DNA from: Rebecca billardiae RCC1528
Taxonomy: Eukaryota; Protista; Haptophyta
DNA: 64,000 bases
NCBI GenBank assembly: GCA_965240325.2
Contig: OZ251237.1
Span: 682,001 to 746,000 of the forward strand
Reading direction: 5' to 3'
Numbering within the stretch: the stretch's first letter is position 1; the number at the start of each line of letters is the position of its first letter. A program made the translations under genes and the position numbers. The notes under the pieces were generated by a model. That model did no database searches. It worked only from the letters and a program-made list of their open reading frames with translations, and had not been told where the DNA came from. Shown piece after piece: positions 11,144 through 23,252 of the stretch.

Positions 11144-11888
11144 CGCGGTGGGCTGCTCGACTCAGCCGGGGGGGGCAGCTTGGCCGCGATCCGAAGCAAC
11201 TTTGGGCCGTGACGCAGAGGCACCTGTGTGTCCATTTTTTACGTGGCGGGGGTATCTACGACGAAATAATCCGGCTCGTCAGCCTGGCCACCTGGGATGT
11301 CGAGCCGTCCGGATGGAGGGTGAGGACTGAGGATTGATCAGCAAAAGGCGTGCCCGCGACGCGCGGCGGACCGCTGGTCCGCTAGCGCTCAAGTTTCAAA
11401 GTTCGGATCGAATGAATCAGCAGCGGTGACCGGGACTCCGGTCTCCGGGAGAGTGAGTGAACGCGTGCCAGTGAACGCCGCGGGCTGGCAGTTCGGCGCG
11501 CTGTCGCATCGGCGCCCAGTCGGAGAGTTCGGTCGACGGCGTTGTGTGGACGACGGTGGGACGACGGGCGCTGGCGCGCCGCGAGGCGGCCGCAGCCCTC
11601 ATCCAGGCCTCGCAGGCAGACGGCTGAACGAACTACCCACGATTCCCGGACGGCGCCTACTCACTCAGTAGGCTACTGCATGGGGCTGTCACATCACATG
11701 GTCATGTGACACTGGCGGCCGGACGGCTTGGCCGATGGGCGGTGAGTCGGGTCACAGTTGGCGCGGGCGTCAACCTTGCCTGCCTATGCTGTGTCATAGT
11801 GTGTGCGTCTTTTATCAGTCGTATATTTAAAGTCGCATATATATATTCATAGACACTTAGTGACACTTAGTAGTATAGTATATTATAA

Positions 11889-13597
11889 GAGAGAATGTCA
11901 GCTGTATTGCCGTTTTGGAAAGTGTGGTCAGGTGTATTGCCAAACGCACGTTTTGACTACCGTGGTCAGTTGTATTGCCGTTTTCCATGTTTGGGAATCA
12001 CGTGTCAATCTTGTTGCCAACGTCGAATACTTGTCTCAGGTGTATTGCCGTGGATGATGGCCCAATACTTTGTCCAGCTGTATTGCCGTCGCGTAGTGTG
12101 GGTCAGTTGTGTTGCCGTTTGCGCATCTTTGATTCAGGTTTGTTGCCGCGATCGCCCACGCGCTGATGATGGCGCTTGCGCTCACGCGCCGCCGGCGTGC
12201 GCGGCGTGCCCTTGAGCAGCCCTGCCTGATCCCGGGCCAGAAGAGTGACCTTCAACGACGACGATCTCTGCCGGGGTAGCGCCGTGTTCCTCGACATCAT
12301 CAAGCCGAACGACGACCTGAACCGTGGACCGGAATCTGCACAAACGCTGCCGCATGCGCGCGCAGTGCAACACGCGCGTGCACCTCGGGCTTCTCGCCGT
12401 CTACGCGGAGACGGGCGAGAATCCGTCGCGACTTCTATCGAATCGGCGTTGCTTCGTGCTCACTTCGACTCCGGGACCGTCAAGCGCGCAGTCGATGACA
12501 TTGCGACGGCAGCGCATGCAGGTGCATGCGCGAAGCAGGGTGAGCGTGTGTTGCTGCGCCCCGATTCGCGGGAGTCGAACGTGCACGACGGGCGTGTGCT
12601 CTTCAACGGCTTCAAGGAGCTTGACCAACGCGACGCGCGTCCCCCTCACTCCCTGCCATCGACTGTCATTCACACCGTGACGATCAACCAACGCGCGTCG
12701 CTCTCGCTCGTGCAACACTGCTGGCGCGTGCCTTTTTGCGATTGTCATCACTCCAACAGCAGACTGCCCTTTGGCCAACCGTGTGCAGGTGGCTGGCCGG
12801 GCGCCAGTCGCACTCGTCAACGCAGGCTGATTGGCCCGTGGAGGAGGAAGTCCAAGGCGTACTGCCAGCTGGGACACAACGCACCGACCGGCGGGCGGTG
12901 CGCCGCGCGCGCCTCGACGAGCCAGCAAGCAGGAGGGGCAGGCGACGCTTTCTGCTGCTGCTGGAACCCGAGTGGCAGGCTTGGCGAGCGCGGTCGCAGC
13001 TTGAGGCGGCGCGTGCAGCGGCATGGGACGCGATGCGGCTCACGTGGCCGCTGAAGTAGCAGCAGTCCCGATGGCGCTGGCGGCCGGCCGCCGGCGGGCG
13101 GCAAGCGCGACGGCGACGGGAAGCGCCGACTGCTACTGGAAGTCAAGATGAGCTACGCAGGCCGCATGATGATGGCATGTCGGTTGGTTGCAGTCGCGTA
13201 TTCTGCATGCCGCGTGCAGGCAGTCGCAGCTCTGCACGCACGCGCACACGGGCTGCGCGAGTCTCTTGTCTGAGTGCGAGTCGTGCCCCAGCCACCAGCT
13301 GCTAGTGCTGGCGGCAATACAACTGACACATAGTTATGGAAAGGGCAATAATTATGAGCAGACTATGTTCAAGCTCGAAAACGGCAATATTCGTGAACTA
13401 CCAAGTAGTGTGAAAGGGTCATTGGTTTGAAACCAGTATTTGAGGGGCAATATTGTTGACACACTATCCAAAAGCGGCAATATTCTTGACCCATACTACT
13501 GAAAACGGCAATACAACTGACCACGGTAGTCATAACGTGCTTTTGGCAATACAACTGACCACACTATCCAAAGCGGCAATACAACTGACGTCGGCTC
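11889..13597. mobile_element. Non-autonomous Mutator-like element (MULE), 1709 bp
   Basis: Imperfect TIRs of >100 bp beginning GAG (gagagaatgtcagctgtattgcc / rc gagccgacgtcagttgtattgcc) with repeated tgtattgcc submotifs. Perfect 9-bp TSD ATATTATAA at 11880-11888 and 13598-13606. No transposase seen. Confidence 0.85.
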
Positions 13598-13895
13598 ATA
13601 TTATAATTATAAACTGTTAAAACTGTACGGAATCCATCGAAACCGACGCTGGGCGGCTGGGCCCGCCGGGCGCCGGCGCGCCGGGACTGTCAAGCCGTCA
13701 TTACTCGGCCGCGCGCTGTCGGCCGTGACCCCCCGCAGGGCCACTAGAGCAGTTACCGTATGCGAATAATGCGTCAGAACGGTGGCTGCCGTGGCTGCGA
13801 GAGCGGGGCGCGTGGGCCGCCGATGGACGCCCCCGCGAGCGCGGCGGCAAGCTGTTGCGGGTTGGGTGCGCCGGTGGCAAAGAGCAACGCCACGT

Positions 13896-14020
13896 ATAAC
13901 CGCGCGCGCGTCGTGCTCCTTCTGGCGATCCGGTGTTACGATACGCTGATGATGCTGCAGGGGTTGCCTGGGGCCGCCAGTCGCCACGCGGGGGGCAGGG
14001 CGGCGAGGCAGCGCCCGCCC
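13896..14020. repeat. 125-bp direct repeat B (partner 14561-14685)
   Basis: ataaccgcgc...cgcccgccc is present twice and appears identical. Confidence 0.95.
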
Positions 14021-14100
14021 GCAGCGCCCCGCGCCCCGTGGACGCTGACTCAAGCCGCACCCACCCCAGCGCGGCGATCCCACGCCAGGGAGGGCGGGCG

Positions 14101-14560
14101 GGAGGCGGAGGAGCGCCGCTGGCTGTCCGTGAGTGTGCCGGCGCCGCCGCGGCCTGCCGCCCGGGGGCCCCGGGCCCGGGCGGGGCCGCTGTGCTCAGGC
14201 GTCGGCCGGGGCAGGGTGCGCCGGGGGGCAGTCGCGGCGGAAGCGGTCGGCTGCACGACGTGGGCTGCCCTGACCGGCCCCGAAGGTGCGCCTGTCACGC
14301 CGAGGGTCGGCCCGCCTGCAGGTACGCTCACTTTCCGCTTGGTACCCGCGCCGCAAAGGCGAGCTGCTTCCGACTCACATCTCGTCACCGTCCGGTCACT
14401 CCGGCGATGCCGCTGCGAGCGCCGAGCCCGCGTCCGGCCGGGTACGCCCACCTAGCGGGGAGGGGCACGGGCGGCGGCGGAGCAGCGACGCGGCAGTCAT
14501 AACGCGATAACCGCCGCGGACTGCCAAACCCACCACTCCCGTCGCGTCGGCCATCGCCCC
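14101..14560. repeat. 460-bp direct repeat A (partner 17916-18375)
   Basis: The two copies look identical apart from one substitution noticed (ggctgcacg vs ggcggcacg). Confidence 0.95.
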
Positions 14561-15224
14561 ATAACCGCGCGCGCGTCGTGCTCCTTCTGGCGATCCGGTG
14601 TTACGATACGCTGATGATGCTGCAGGGGTTGCCTGGGGCCGCCAGTCGCCACGCGGGGGGCAGGGCGGCGAGGCAGCGCCCGCCCAAAGGGGCGCAGCGC
14701 CAGGCGCCACGCCGGCATGGCCGGCGTCGGCCGGCGCGGCCGAGGACAGGCCCGGCCCCGACCCCCAGAGGCGCAGCGCCCTGCCCACCACTCCACAGCA
14801 CGCCGCCGGCGCTTGGCCGCTGCGCGGCGGGTTTGGCCGCTGCGCGGCGGGTGGCGTGACGCCCCCTCCCGAGCGCTCAGCCCTTCCCAGAGGTCGCCGA
14901 GAGCCCGGCAGCGACCTTCCGAGCAGTGGGGTAACCTGCCCGTCGTCGCGCGCCGGCACCGGCCAGGCGAGGCGCTGCAGGTGACCAGCAGGCCATGCGC
15001 CGTCCACTCGCCCGAAATCGCCCAGCAGCACGCGCGCACCGCCCCCGAGGCCGCCGGCCGGCAAGAGCGCATACGCCCGAGCTGCCACAGCACACGCCCG
15101 AGCCGCCAAGAGGCTCAGGTATCGACGCCGGTTCGCCGACAACGTCGTCAATCACGCCCCGGCCGCAGACACCACGTGTGCCCATGAAAGCGCGACGAAA
15201 AGTGTGTGCGAGACGACGCGCACG

Positions 15225-17880
15225 AATGGCGATGGTCGCGCGGCGCACGCATGATGGTCGCGCGCGCGTGATGATCGGCGCATGATGATCGGTGCGCGCG
15301 CATGACGGCGCGCACGAATGATGAACGGCACACGCGCATGATGATCGGCACGCACGCATGATGATCGGAGCGCGCGCATGATGAACTGATGATCGGCACA
15401 TAATGATCGGTGCGCGCGCATGACCGTGCGCGCGCGTGACGATCACGCCCAGCCAGCGGCTCGAAGATAGACGATGAGCGCCATCACGCTCGAGCGAAGC
15501 AGAAGGTGATGAGTGAGGAAGAAGGAACAGGAATGAGGGAAAGGAACGCGCGATGCGTGACGAGAAGGATCAGGTGCGCCCGGCGCGAGGGATGGAACAC
15601 GTGTAGTAGGAACGAAACGGAACGGAAAGTAGCTGCTTGAGCGACAGGCAGAAAGTCATTGCCGATGATGAGCGCGTCCCCGCTCGAGCGACACAGAAGG
15701 TGGCAAGCGAGAAAGGCGGAGCTGGGATGAAGGAAAGGAACGCGCTGTGCGAGATGGGAAGGACCAGGAGCGTGCAGCGTGAGGCAGGGAATGCACGTAG
15801 ATCGGAACGGAACCGGATTGAAGGAGAGTCAGAGGAACGCGCGGTGTGACACTGAAGTGGAACGCTCCGGACCGCGCGTAGGAACGGAACTGAAGGCAGC
15901 TGCTCGAGCGAGAGGCAGAAGGTGATTGACGATGAGCGCGTCCACGATCGAGCGAAGCAGAAGGTGACGCGCGTGGATGACTGGCCAGGAGTGCAGGACA
16001 GGATTGGCTGTGGAGACGGAACAGACACGCGCGGCGTGAGGAAAAGGATGCACGCGCGTCGTGTAGATCGGAACGGAACTGGAATGAAGGAGCAGAGGGA
16101 TGCGCGGCGTGAGACGGAAGTGGAATGCTCGGACCGCGCGCGGGAACGGAAATGAAGGCCGCTGCTCGCGCGATAGGCAGAGGGTGATTGACGATGAGCA
16201 CGTTCACGCTCGAGCGAGGCAGAAGCGGTGACGCGTGCGGATGATTGACTGGGATGAAGGAGAGGAATGCGCAGCGTGAGTAGATGGAAGTGGAACGCTC
16301 GTACCGCGCACGGGAACGGAACTGAAGGCCGCTGCTCGAGCGATAGGCATGAGGTGATTGACGATGCGCCCGTTCACGCTCGAGCGAAGCGGAGGGTGAC
16401 GCGCGCGGACGAGAAGTTACGCGCATGTGAGGCGCAACGTCAGGCAGGCACATGTGACGCGCGAAGCCAAAGTTAAGCGCAGTGAGGCGCAGAGAAGTTA
16501 TATCATAGGTGCAAGTGACCCGTAAAGATACGCGCATGTGAGGCGCAAAGTTAGGCGCATGATTGTGACGCGCGGAGAAGTTAGGCGCAGTGAGGCGCAG
16601 AGAAGCAGTTAGGCGCAAGTGATGACCGTTAGGCGCAAGTGACGCGCGAAGTTACGCGCATGTAAGGCGCAAGGTTAGGCGCATGTGACGCGCGGAGAAG
16701 TTAGGCGCAGTGAGGCGCAGAGAAGTTAGGCGCAAGTGACCGTTAGGCGCAAGTGACGCGCGAAGTTACGCACATGTAAGGCGCAAAGTTAGGCGCATGT
16801 GATGCGCGGAGAGGTTAGGCGCAGTGAGGCGCAAAGACACGCGCATGTAAGGAGCAAAGTTACGCGCATGTGACGCTCGGAGAAGTTGGGCGCAGGCTGA
16901 CACGCAGCCGCGCGAGTGCGGGCTCAGGCGAGCGGCGGCGAGCGGCGGCGGCGTGCGTGACACGAGCACGCCGCGTGCGAGCGGCTTGGTCCGTATCGAT
17001 ATGCGCCCCGCCTTCGCGCGCTGCCGAAGGACGTAGAAGTAGCAGCATGGATGTGGCCACTGCCTGCCCCGCCGAAGCGCGCTCCATCCACAGCTCGAGC
17101 GAGGTGGCGGAAGGTGATGATGAGTGCGCTCTCGCGCGAGCGAAGCAGACGGCGATGAGCGCTGAGTGACCGCGACGGACGCCCGCGCAGCGGCACCTCC
17201 CGCGGCGCCCCGCTGCGCGCTCAGCCGCCGGACGCTGCAGGAGGAGTAGCACTGATGCACTCGTCGTCATCCCCAGGATACAAGCGCGCTCGAGCTCGAG
17301 CGAAGCAGAAGGCGCGGAGCGCGCGGCTCGTTCGAGCGAAGCAGAGGGTGGTGAGCTAGGAGCGCGCACGACGGGCGACAGCGCACCGCTCCCTCGCGCT
17401 CCGCTCCGCTGTGCGCCCAGCGCCGGAAGCCGCAGGAGACCCCGAAGCAGCACTGGTGCAATTGCATGAGGCCGGGCGTGATGAATGCGCTGAGGGCGCT
17501 CTCGCTCGAGCGAAGCAGACGGCGATGAGCGCTGAGTGACCGCGACGGACGCCCCTGCACCGGCACCTCCCGCGTCGCCCCGCTGTGCGCTCGGCCGCCG
17601 GACGGTGCAGGAGGACGCCGAAGCAGCACGGATGCACGCGTCATCCCCAGGATAAAAGCGCGCTGGCGCACGAGCGAGGCAGAATGCGCGGAGCGCGCGC
17701 CGCGCTCGAGCGAGGCAGAGGGTGGTGACGAGCGAAGAGCGCGCACGATGGACGACAGCGCACCGCCCCCTCACACTCCGCTCCACTGTGCGCCCAGCGC
17801 CGGAAGCCGCAGGGGACCCAGAAGCAGCACGGGTGCAATTTCATGACGAGGCCGGGCGGGATGAATGCGCGCGCTGCTCG
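15225..17880. repeat. Composite tandem-repeat interior of the split-repeat element
   Basis: ~20-bp atgatgatcgg(cg)n units (15225-15440); ~260-bp purine-rich units (15470-16410); gttaggcgca(a/t)gtgac units (16415-16890); ~360-bp degenerate units (17130-17880). Confidence 0.8.
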
Positions 17881-20565
17881 CAACACCGAGGGGACACCGA
17901 TGAACGAAGAACGAAGGAGGCGGAGGAGCGCCGCTGGCTGTCCGTGAGTGTGCCGGCGCCGCCGCGGCCTGCCGCCCGGGGGCCCCGGGCCCGGGCGGGG
18001 CCGCTGTGCTCAGGCGTCGGCCGGGGCAGGGTGCGCCGGGGGGCAGTCGCGGCGGAAGCGGTCGGCGGCACGACGTGGGCTGCCCTGACCGGCCCCGAAG
18101 GTGCGCCTGTCACGCCGAGGGTCGGCCCGCCTGCAGGTACGCTCACTTTCCGCTTGGTACCCGCGCCGCAAAGGCGAGCTGCTTCCGACTCACATCTCGT
18201 CACCGTCCGGTCACTCCGGCGATGCCGCTGCGAGCGCCGAGCCCGCGTCCGGCCGGGTACGCCCACCTAGCGGGGAGGGGCACGGGCGGCGGCGGAGCAG
18301 CGACGCGGCAGTCATAACGCGATAACCGCCGCGGACTGCCAAACCCACCACTCCCGTCGCGTCGGCCATCGCCCCCAAACGCGCTCAGCCGCAGCATGTT
18401 CGAAGTGCTGTCGCCGACGCCGTACGACACGAGCAGGTCCCACCGCCCCTCGGCCGAGAGCATCGCCTGCTGCACGTTGCGCAGCCGCTGCACCACCCAC
18501 GGGTTGACTCTGGGGAAGGCGCGCCAGTCAGTCGTCGACTCGTCGCCGACGCCCGGCCGCCTCGAGACGAGCTCGAGGCCGGAGACGAAGGCGATCCGCA
18601 GGCCGCACTCGCCGTGGAGCTTGGTGGGCGGGCCCTGCTGCTTGGGGCCCGTCGCCCGCGGCTCCCAGCCCACCTGCCGCGCTCTTGGGAACACCGTCGT
18701 GTTGCGCAGCCGGCAGTGCTCGGGCGCGTCTTGCGGGATGTTCGCCCAGCCGAGCTCGCAGCCTCCATACCATGGCACGTGCGAGCTGTGCGTGAGCAGT
18801 GGCAGCTCCGCGCTCACGCCGAGCAGCTGCAGGGGCTGGCGCGCTCTCGCGATGAAGAGGAAGTGCCGGTAGTCCTGGAACGACACGGGCGGGCACCCGT
18901 CGCCACGCCCCCCGTTCAGGCTGCTCGAGTTCACGAGGCCCTTCAAGCGCGTGTGCACGACACCAAGCAGCACGCTGCTCTCGCCGTGAAATGGCCGGGC
19001 AAGCCGGAGCGGCAGCAGCGGCGCGCCGTTGAGGTGCACGCTGGTCTGGCTCCACGAGCCAGCCGGCCATGGCGGCTGGAAGCCGCGCGCGGCGAGCCCG
19101 AGCTGCGAGAGCATCACCGCCTGCGCCTTCAGGTAGCGCACAAACTCGCTCGACCGACTCGCCATGGTGCGAGGCTCGTGCACGCAGCGCAAACACGCGG
19201 GCAGCGCGGCGGCTGCTGGCTCATCCCGTAGCAGCGTCGAGATGCCGCGGAGCTCGCACGTCGCGAGCTCCGTCGGGCCGAAGTGGTATACCATCACCAG
19301 CGAGTCCGAGCGCCCGCCGCTCTCATCCACCCTCACGGGCGGCACGAGCGGGCTCCAGTTCTTGTCCTTGATTGTGGCGCCGCGTGCGGCGGCGCCATCC
19401 AGGCTGAGCCCCATTGCTGAGATGCGCTCCGCGCGCGCCTCGGCCGTCCGCTCGGTGGGCGAGAGGTCGCACACCTCGTGCACGCGCAGCAGGCCCTGGC
19501 CGCAGCCGCGCGTCTGGGAGAGGCTGCCCCGGCATGCCGAGTGGCACCGGCCCTGCAGCCCGCTCACGTTGCGCTGGACCACACCGTGGCCCGCGCCGTG
19601 GCCAACTGACGGGGCCGAGCTGCTGGCCGCCCCGGCGGTCGCGCCGCTGCTGCCGCCTGGCGGGGCCGCGCACACCTCGAGCAGCCGCTGCTGCGAGGTG
19701 CGCAGCTGGGTCTCGACTTCCCGGTCGACGAGCGAATCGCGCCGCGCGGCCCGCTGCGCGACCACGTCGTCGTTGCGCGGCGGCGGCCCATCCACCCCGG
19801 CGACCACCAGCAACGAGCCAACTGGCTCGCCTGGCAGGGTGGCCGCGCTGAGGCGCGGGGTGAGGCTCCAGCGCATCACGCGCAAGCCCTGGCGCATCGT
19901 GGTGACGGGCGGCGTCGCGTCGTCGGCGAAGAGCGCCGTGTTCACGGTGACCATCATCAGCAGCCCGTCGTCCACGCGCGCCAGCTTCGGATCCTCGCCC
20001 TCGCCAAGAGGGTGCAGCACGCGCGCAACGCAGTAGCCGTTCATTGCGCACGACGTCTCGTTCGCGTACAAGACGAAGGAGAATATGATGGAGCGATAGC
20101 TCTCGACGGCACGCGTCCGGCAGAGCAACGTCGACGCGTCGTCCCGCATCGACATGCAGCGCTTGCCGTCGCCATGGACGAGCATCATGCGCGCGACGCC
20201 AGCGAGGTGTCCGCTCGGCAGGCCGCACGAGCGGCACGACGCGATGCTTGGGTTGGTGATCCAGAAAGACGACTCCGGACCGGCGGCGACGATTCGCGGC
20301 AGGTCAACCCACTCGATGTGGGAGTGCAGCGGGCGCCCGAGCACCGCGGCGGCGAGAACTGCGGCAGCCATCGTCATCGCGGTCCCCGCGCTTGTGGGTG
20401 CGATAGTGCGATGAAGGATGGCGCGGCAACCTGCCACCGTGAGCCTTTTAAAGCAAATAAACTGTACCCCCATAGAGGTAGGATGGCATCTCGACCGATA
20501 CCGCCTTTTATTGCGGGTCCTTTGGCTCCAGACGTGCGTACGTACTGTCAAGCTGTGCAGTATCC

Positions 20566-21174
20566 TATGGAGCGCTCGTTGGAACTTGGCGGGGCTTGGA
20601 ACTTGACACCGCATTTCCCAGCGAAGTGCCCCATCTCGGCGGGGCTGGCACGGTCGGCACACGCTCCTGAGCGCTCGCTTCGCGGTGCGGCAGGCCTTGG
20701 GCAGCCCAGACAGACATGCCGCGACCGAATCACCGGGCCATGCGCGCACCACACCCGCGCCACATGGCCTGCGCGCTGGACGACTGAGAGGCAACGCCGA
20801 ACCACTGCATTCCACTGCCCCGCATGCACCCCAAGTCACCTTCAGAGGGCGTCGACGAGCGCAGAGCGGGTGCGTGGGAGTTCGACAAACTCGTGTACCT
20901 TCTTGCTAGCACCAGCGGCGAGGTCGCAAGCCGAACCTTGACCAGCCGTGGAACTTGAGCTGGTCGGCAGCAAAACCACCGTTTAACCCGGATCAAGTTA
21001 GCAGCGTGCGAGGAGGAGGCGCGGTGCGCGTCCGCGGCTGGCGAGAGGCGTCCGGACCGTGCCGTTCTCGGCCGCGCCCGCGCGCTTCCCGCCGCCGCGG
21101 GCCCCGTGTACGCCCGTCGTCGCCCTCGCCGCGCGGGCGCCAAACCGGCGTCAAGTTCCAACGAGCGCTCCATA
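20566..21174. mobile_element. MITE with 23-bp TIR TATGGAGCGCTCGTTGGAACTTG
   Basis: Perfect inverted termini at 20566 and 21174. TSD ambiguous (TA, or atcc/ctcc). Confidence 0.75.
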
Positions 21175-21218
21175 CTCCTAAATCAGGCCCTTGCCCCCCT
21201 TTATTTCTTTGTTGCTAC

Positions 21219-23252
21219 TATGGAGGTATCGCATGTGTGCAGGCACGACCCCTCGCGAGTCACCTTCAGAGGGCGTCGAAAAGCGCAGAGCGGGTGTGCG
21301 GGAGTTCAACCAACTCGTGTACCTTCTTGCAAGCACCAGCGGCAGGTTGGTAGCAAAACACCGCATCGGCCCCCCAGATGAACTCATGAAGTTCCCAGCG
21401 TGCGAGGAGGAGGCGCGAATGCGCGTCCGCAGCTGGCAGGAGGCGTCCGGACCGTGCCATTCTCGGCCGCTTTCGCGCACTTCCCGCCGCCACGAGCGCC
21501 GTGTACTGTGTAGACTGTAGTTACGCCCGTCGTCGCCCTCGCGGCTCGCCGCGTGGTGGCCGTCAAACCGGCCACTGGGCTCATTTATGACCGCGTTCCG
21601 CGGTCCTTTTCCGTAGAACGAACGTAGTTCGGGGCCCGCGGTGGCGGTGCACCCTCCGTCGCAGTCGTCCCGTACACGTGTAACTAGACTCCATCCAGCG
21701 GCGCGCCGCCCCAGCGCCGCGCCGCCGCCGGCGTGCGCCGAGTGTGGATGTCGGTCGTCGGCCGAGCTGCCCTCATCACAGACGGCCCTTACCTGACCCC
21801 CTGCGCGTGCGCGACGGCCGACAGGCGGATGCGACTCGGCGTGATCGACGCACGAGCGCGACTGTTGCACGCCAGGCCACCGGCGGAGCTGACTGACAGC
21901 CAGGGAGCCGGACGGCGCGGGACCGCGCGGATTCGACCGTTCGTTCGGGCCTGCCGCTGACCGTCGTCGCCGCGACGCCAGCAGCGCAGGAGTAGATGAT
22001 CTGCAGGTCAGTAGGGTTCGACCTGCGCGCCTGCGCGACGGCCGACAGGCGGGCGCGAGGCGTGAGCGACGCATGAGCGCGACTCTACGTGCACACCAGG
22101 CACCACGCGGCCGAGCTGACTGACCGCGAGCCAGGGAGCACGGTGCGAGCAGCCATGCAGCACCGGTGCTTGCGCGCGCCGCGCGTGCACGGGGTGACAC
22201 ACCTCGGTCAGGCTCGGCACGCGTCGCAGAGGCACGGCCAGCTCTGGGCACGCCAGGCGCCCAGGCCACGCGGAGCTGACAGCCACGGGGAGCCGACGGC
22301 GCGCGGGGCCGCGGCCAGTTCCGAGTTCGACTTGCGCCTGCTCTGAAGAAGAGTTCTGGGAGACCCTGGCGGAGAGGCATGGCAAGGGGGGCGTGTGGTG
22401 AAGTCGGAGACTCAGAGATCGATCAGTCCGGCATCATGCGCCGCTGCCCCCGAGCTTGCGAGAGCCCGAACACAGGGCGGCGGCTGCGGCGGCGGCGGCG
22501 CGGCCGCGCGCCGGCCGGCCGCGCAGGCATCGACAGGGCGCGGCAGGGGCGTGCGGAGTGACTAGTGAGCGGGCACGAACGCGATGTCGACGGCCGTCGG
22601 GACCCGCCGCAGACGCGCGCTCCAGGCGCCACTCGGCACTTGCCACGCGCACCTGCCCATCGAGCGCCCCCTTGGAGGCTTGGACCAAGAGTCGTCGCGG
22701 CTCGCTCGCCACCCCGAAGGAACCTGCGCGTCACGTGCTTGCGACGGCGGCAGGTTTTGAGCTCGCCAGCTCGGTAAGTCAGTGACTATGGAATGGGCTG
22801 GCAACGAATAGCTGCGCGGGTATTTTCAATAAGGCTTGCGGGTTTTAGACTCTAGATACCAACCGCCGCGAAGCCAAGTTCATATTCATCAAGGCGGAGG
22901 CAAACTATCACACATGAACGAGAGTCTACCCACAAAATCGCGCTCGTAACGAACCGTTACACTAATGTCACGTCCAGCTGACGTCCAGATCGCACTTTAC
23001 TTAAGGGAATCAGCTGGGCGCGGTTATTTTCGGCCTAATAGACCTCTCTATGCGATCTCAAAAACTCGAAACTCGGTCTCCGCCAGCCCTAAAAATCGCC
23101 CCCCGTCCCTTTTTTCTTGATCAAAGATCTTTTTGAAACGTGGTTCGGGCCCGCTGGTGCGGGCTCCACGCTGCGCGCTCCGCCCTGCACCGCGGGCCAT
23201 AATTGACAACTTAGCTAGTTTAGTAGTTACTAGTTCCAACGAGCGCTCCATA
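21219..23252. mobile_element. Second, degenerate copy of the TATGGAG MITE, interrupted by the 21586-23201 element
   Basis: 21260-21570 is homologous to 20834-21150. The right TIR gttccaacgagcgctccata reappears at 23233-23252, after the nested insert. Confidence 0.65.
21586..23201 (+). mobile_element. TATG-family non-autonomous DNA element, copy 1
   Basis: Left end TATGACCGCGTTCCGCGGTC; conserved right end finishing CACCGCGGGCCATA; 3-bp TSD ATT/ATT. Confidence 0.75.

Larger units (their letters stand above)
13896..18375 (-). mobile_element. Non-autonomous split-direct-repeat (PAT/Ngaro/TOC1-like) tyrosine-recombinase retroelement, 4480 bp
   Basis: Minus-strand layout A1(18375-17916) - internal - B1(14685-14561) - A2(14560-14101) - 80-bp spacer - B2(14020-13896). 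Precise insertion into a gene with no TSD. No RT or recombinase ORF. Confidence 0.8.
13774..20377 (-). pseudogene. Copy 2 of the beta-propeller gene, split by an insertion (20377-18376 joined to 13895-13774)
   Basis: Near-identical to 9026-11143. Removing 13896-18375 restores an in-frame C-terminus, SAFDVALLFATGAPNPQQL...QPPF*, matching copy 1. Confidence 0.88.

Noticed and set aside
16415-16890. Interstitial telomere (TTAGGC-like)
   Set aside because: ttaggc is embedded in longer composite units inside a mobile element, not in pure tandem hexamers.
14101-18375. LTR element with 460-bp LTRs
   Set aside because: The true insertion boundary is 13896, defined by the paralogous gene. The extra B repeats and lack of TSD fit a split-direct-repeat element.
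20378-20839. 154-aa N-terminal extension of the 879-aa ORF
   Set aside because: It lies outside the homology with copy 1, runs into a MITE and has no proper ATG context; chance open frame.
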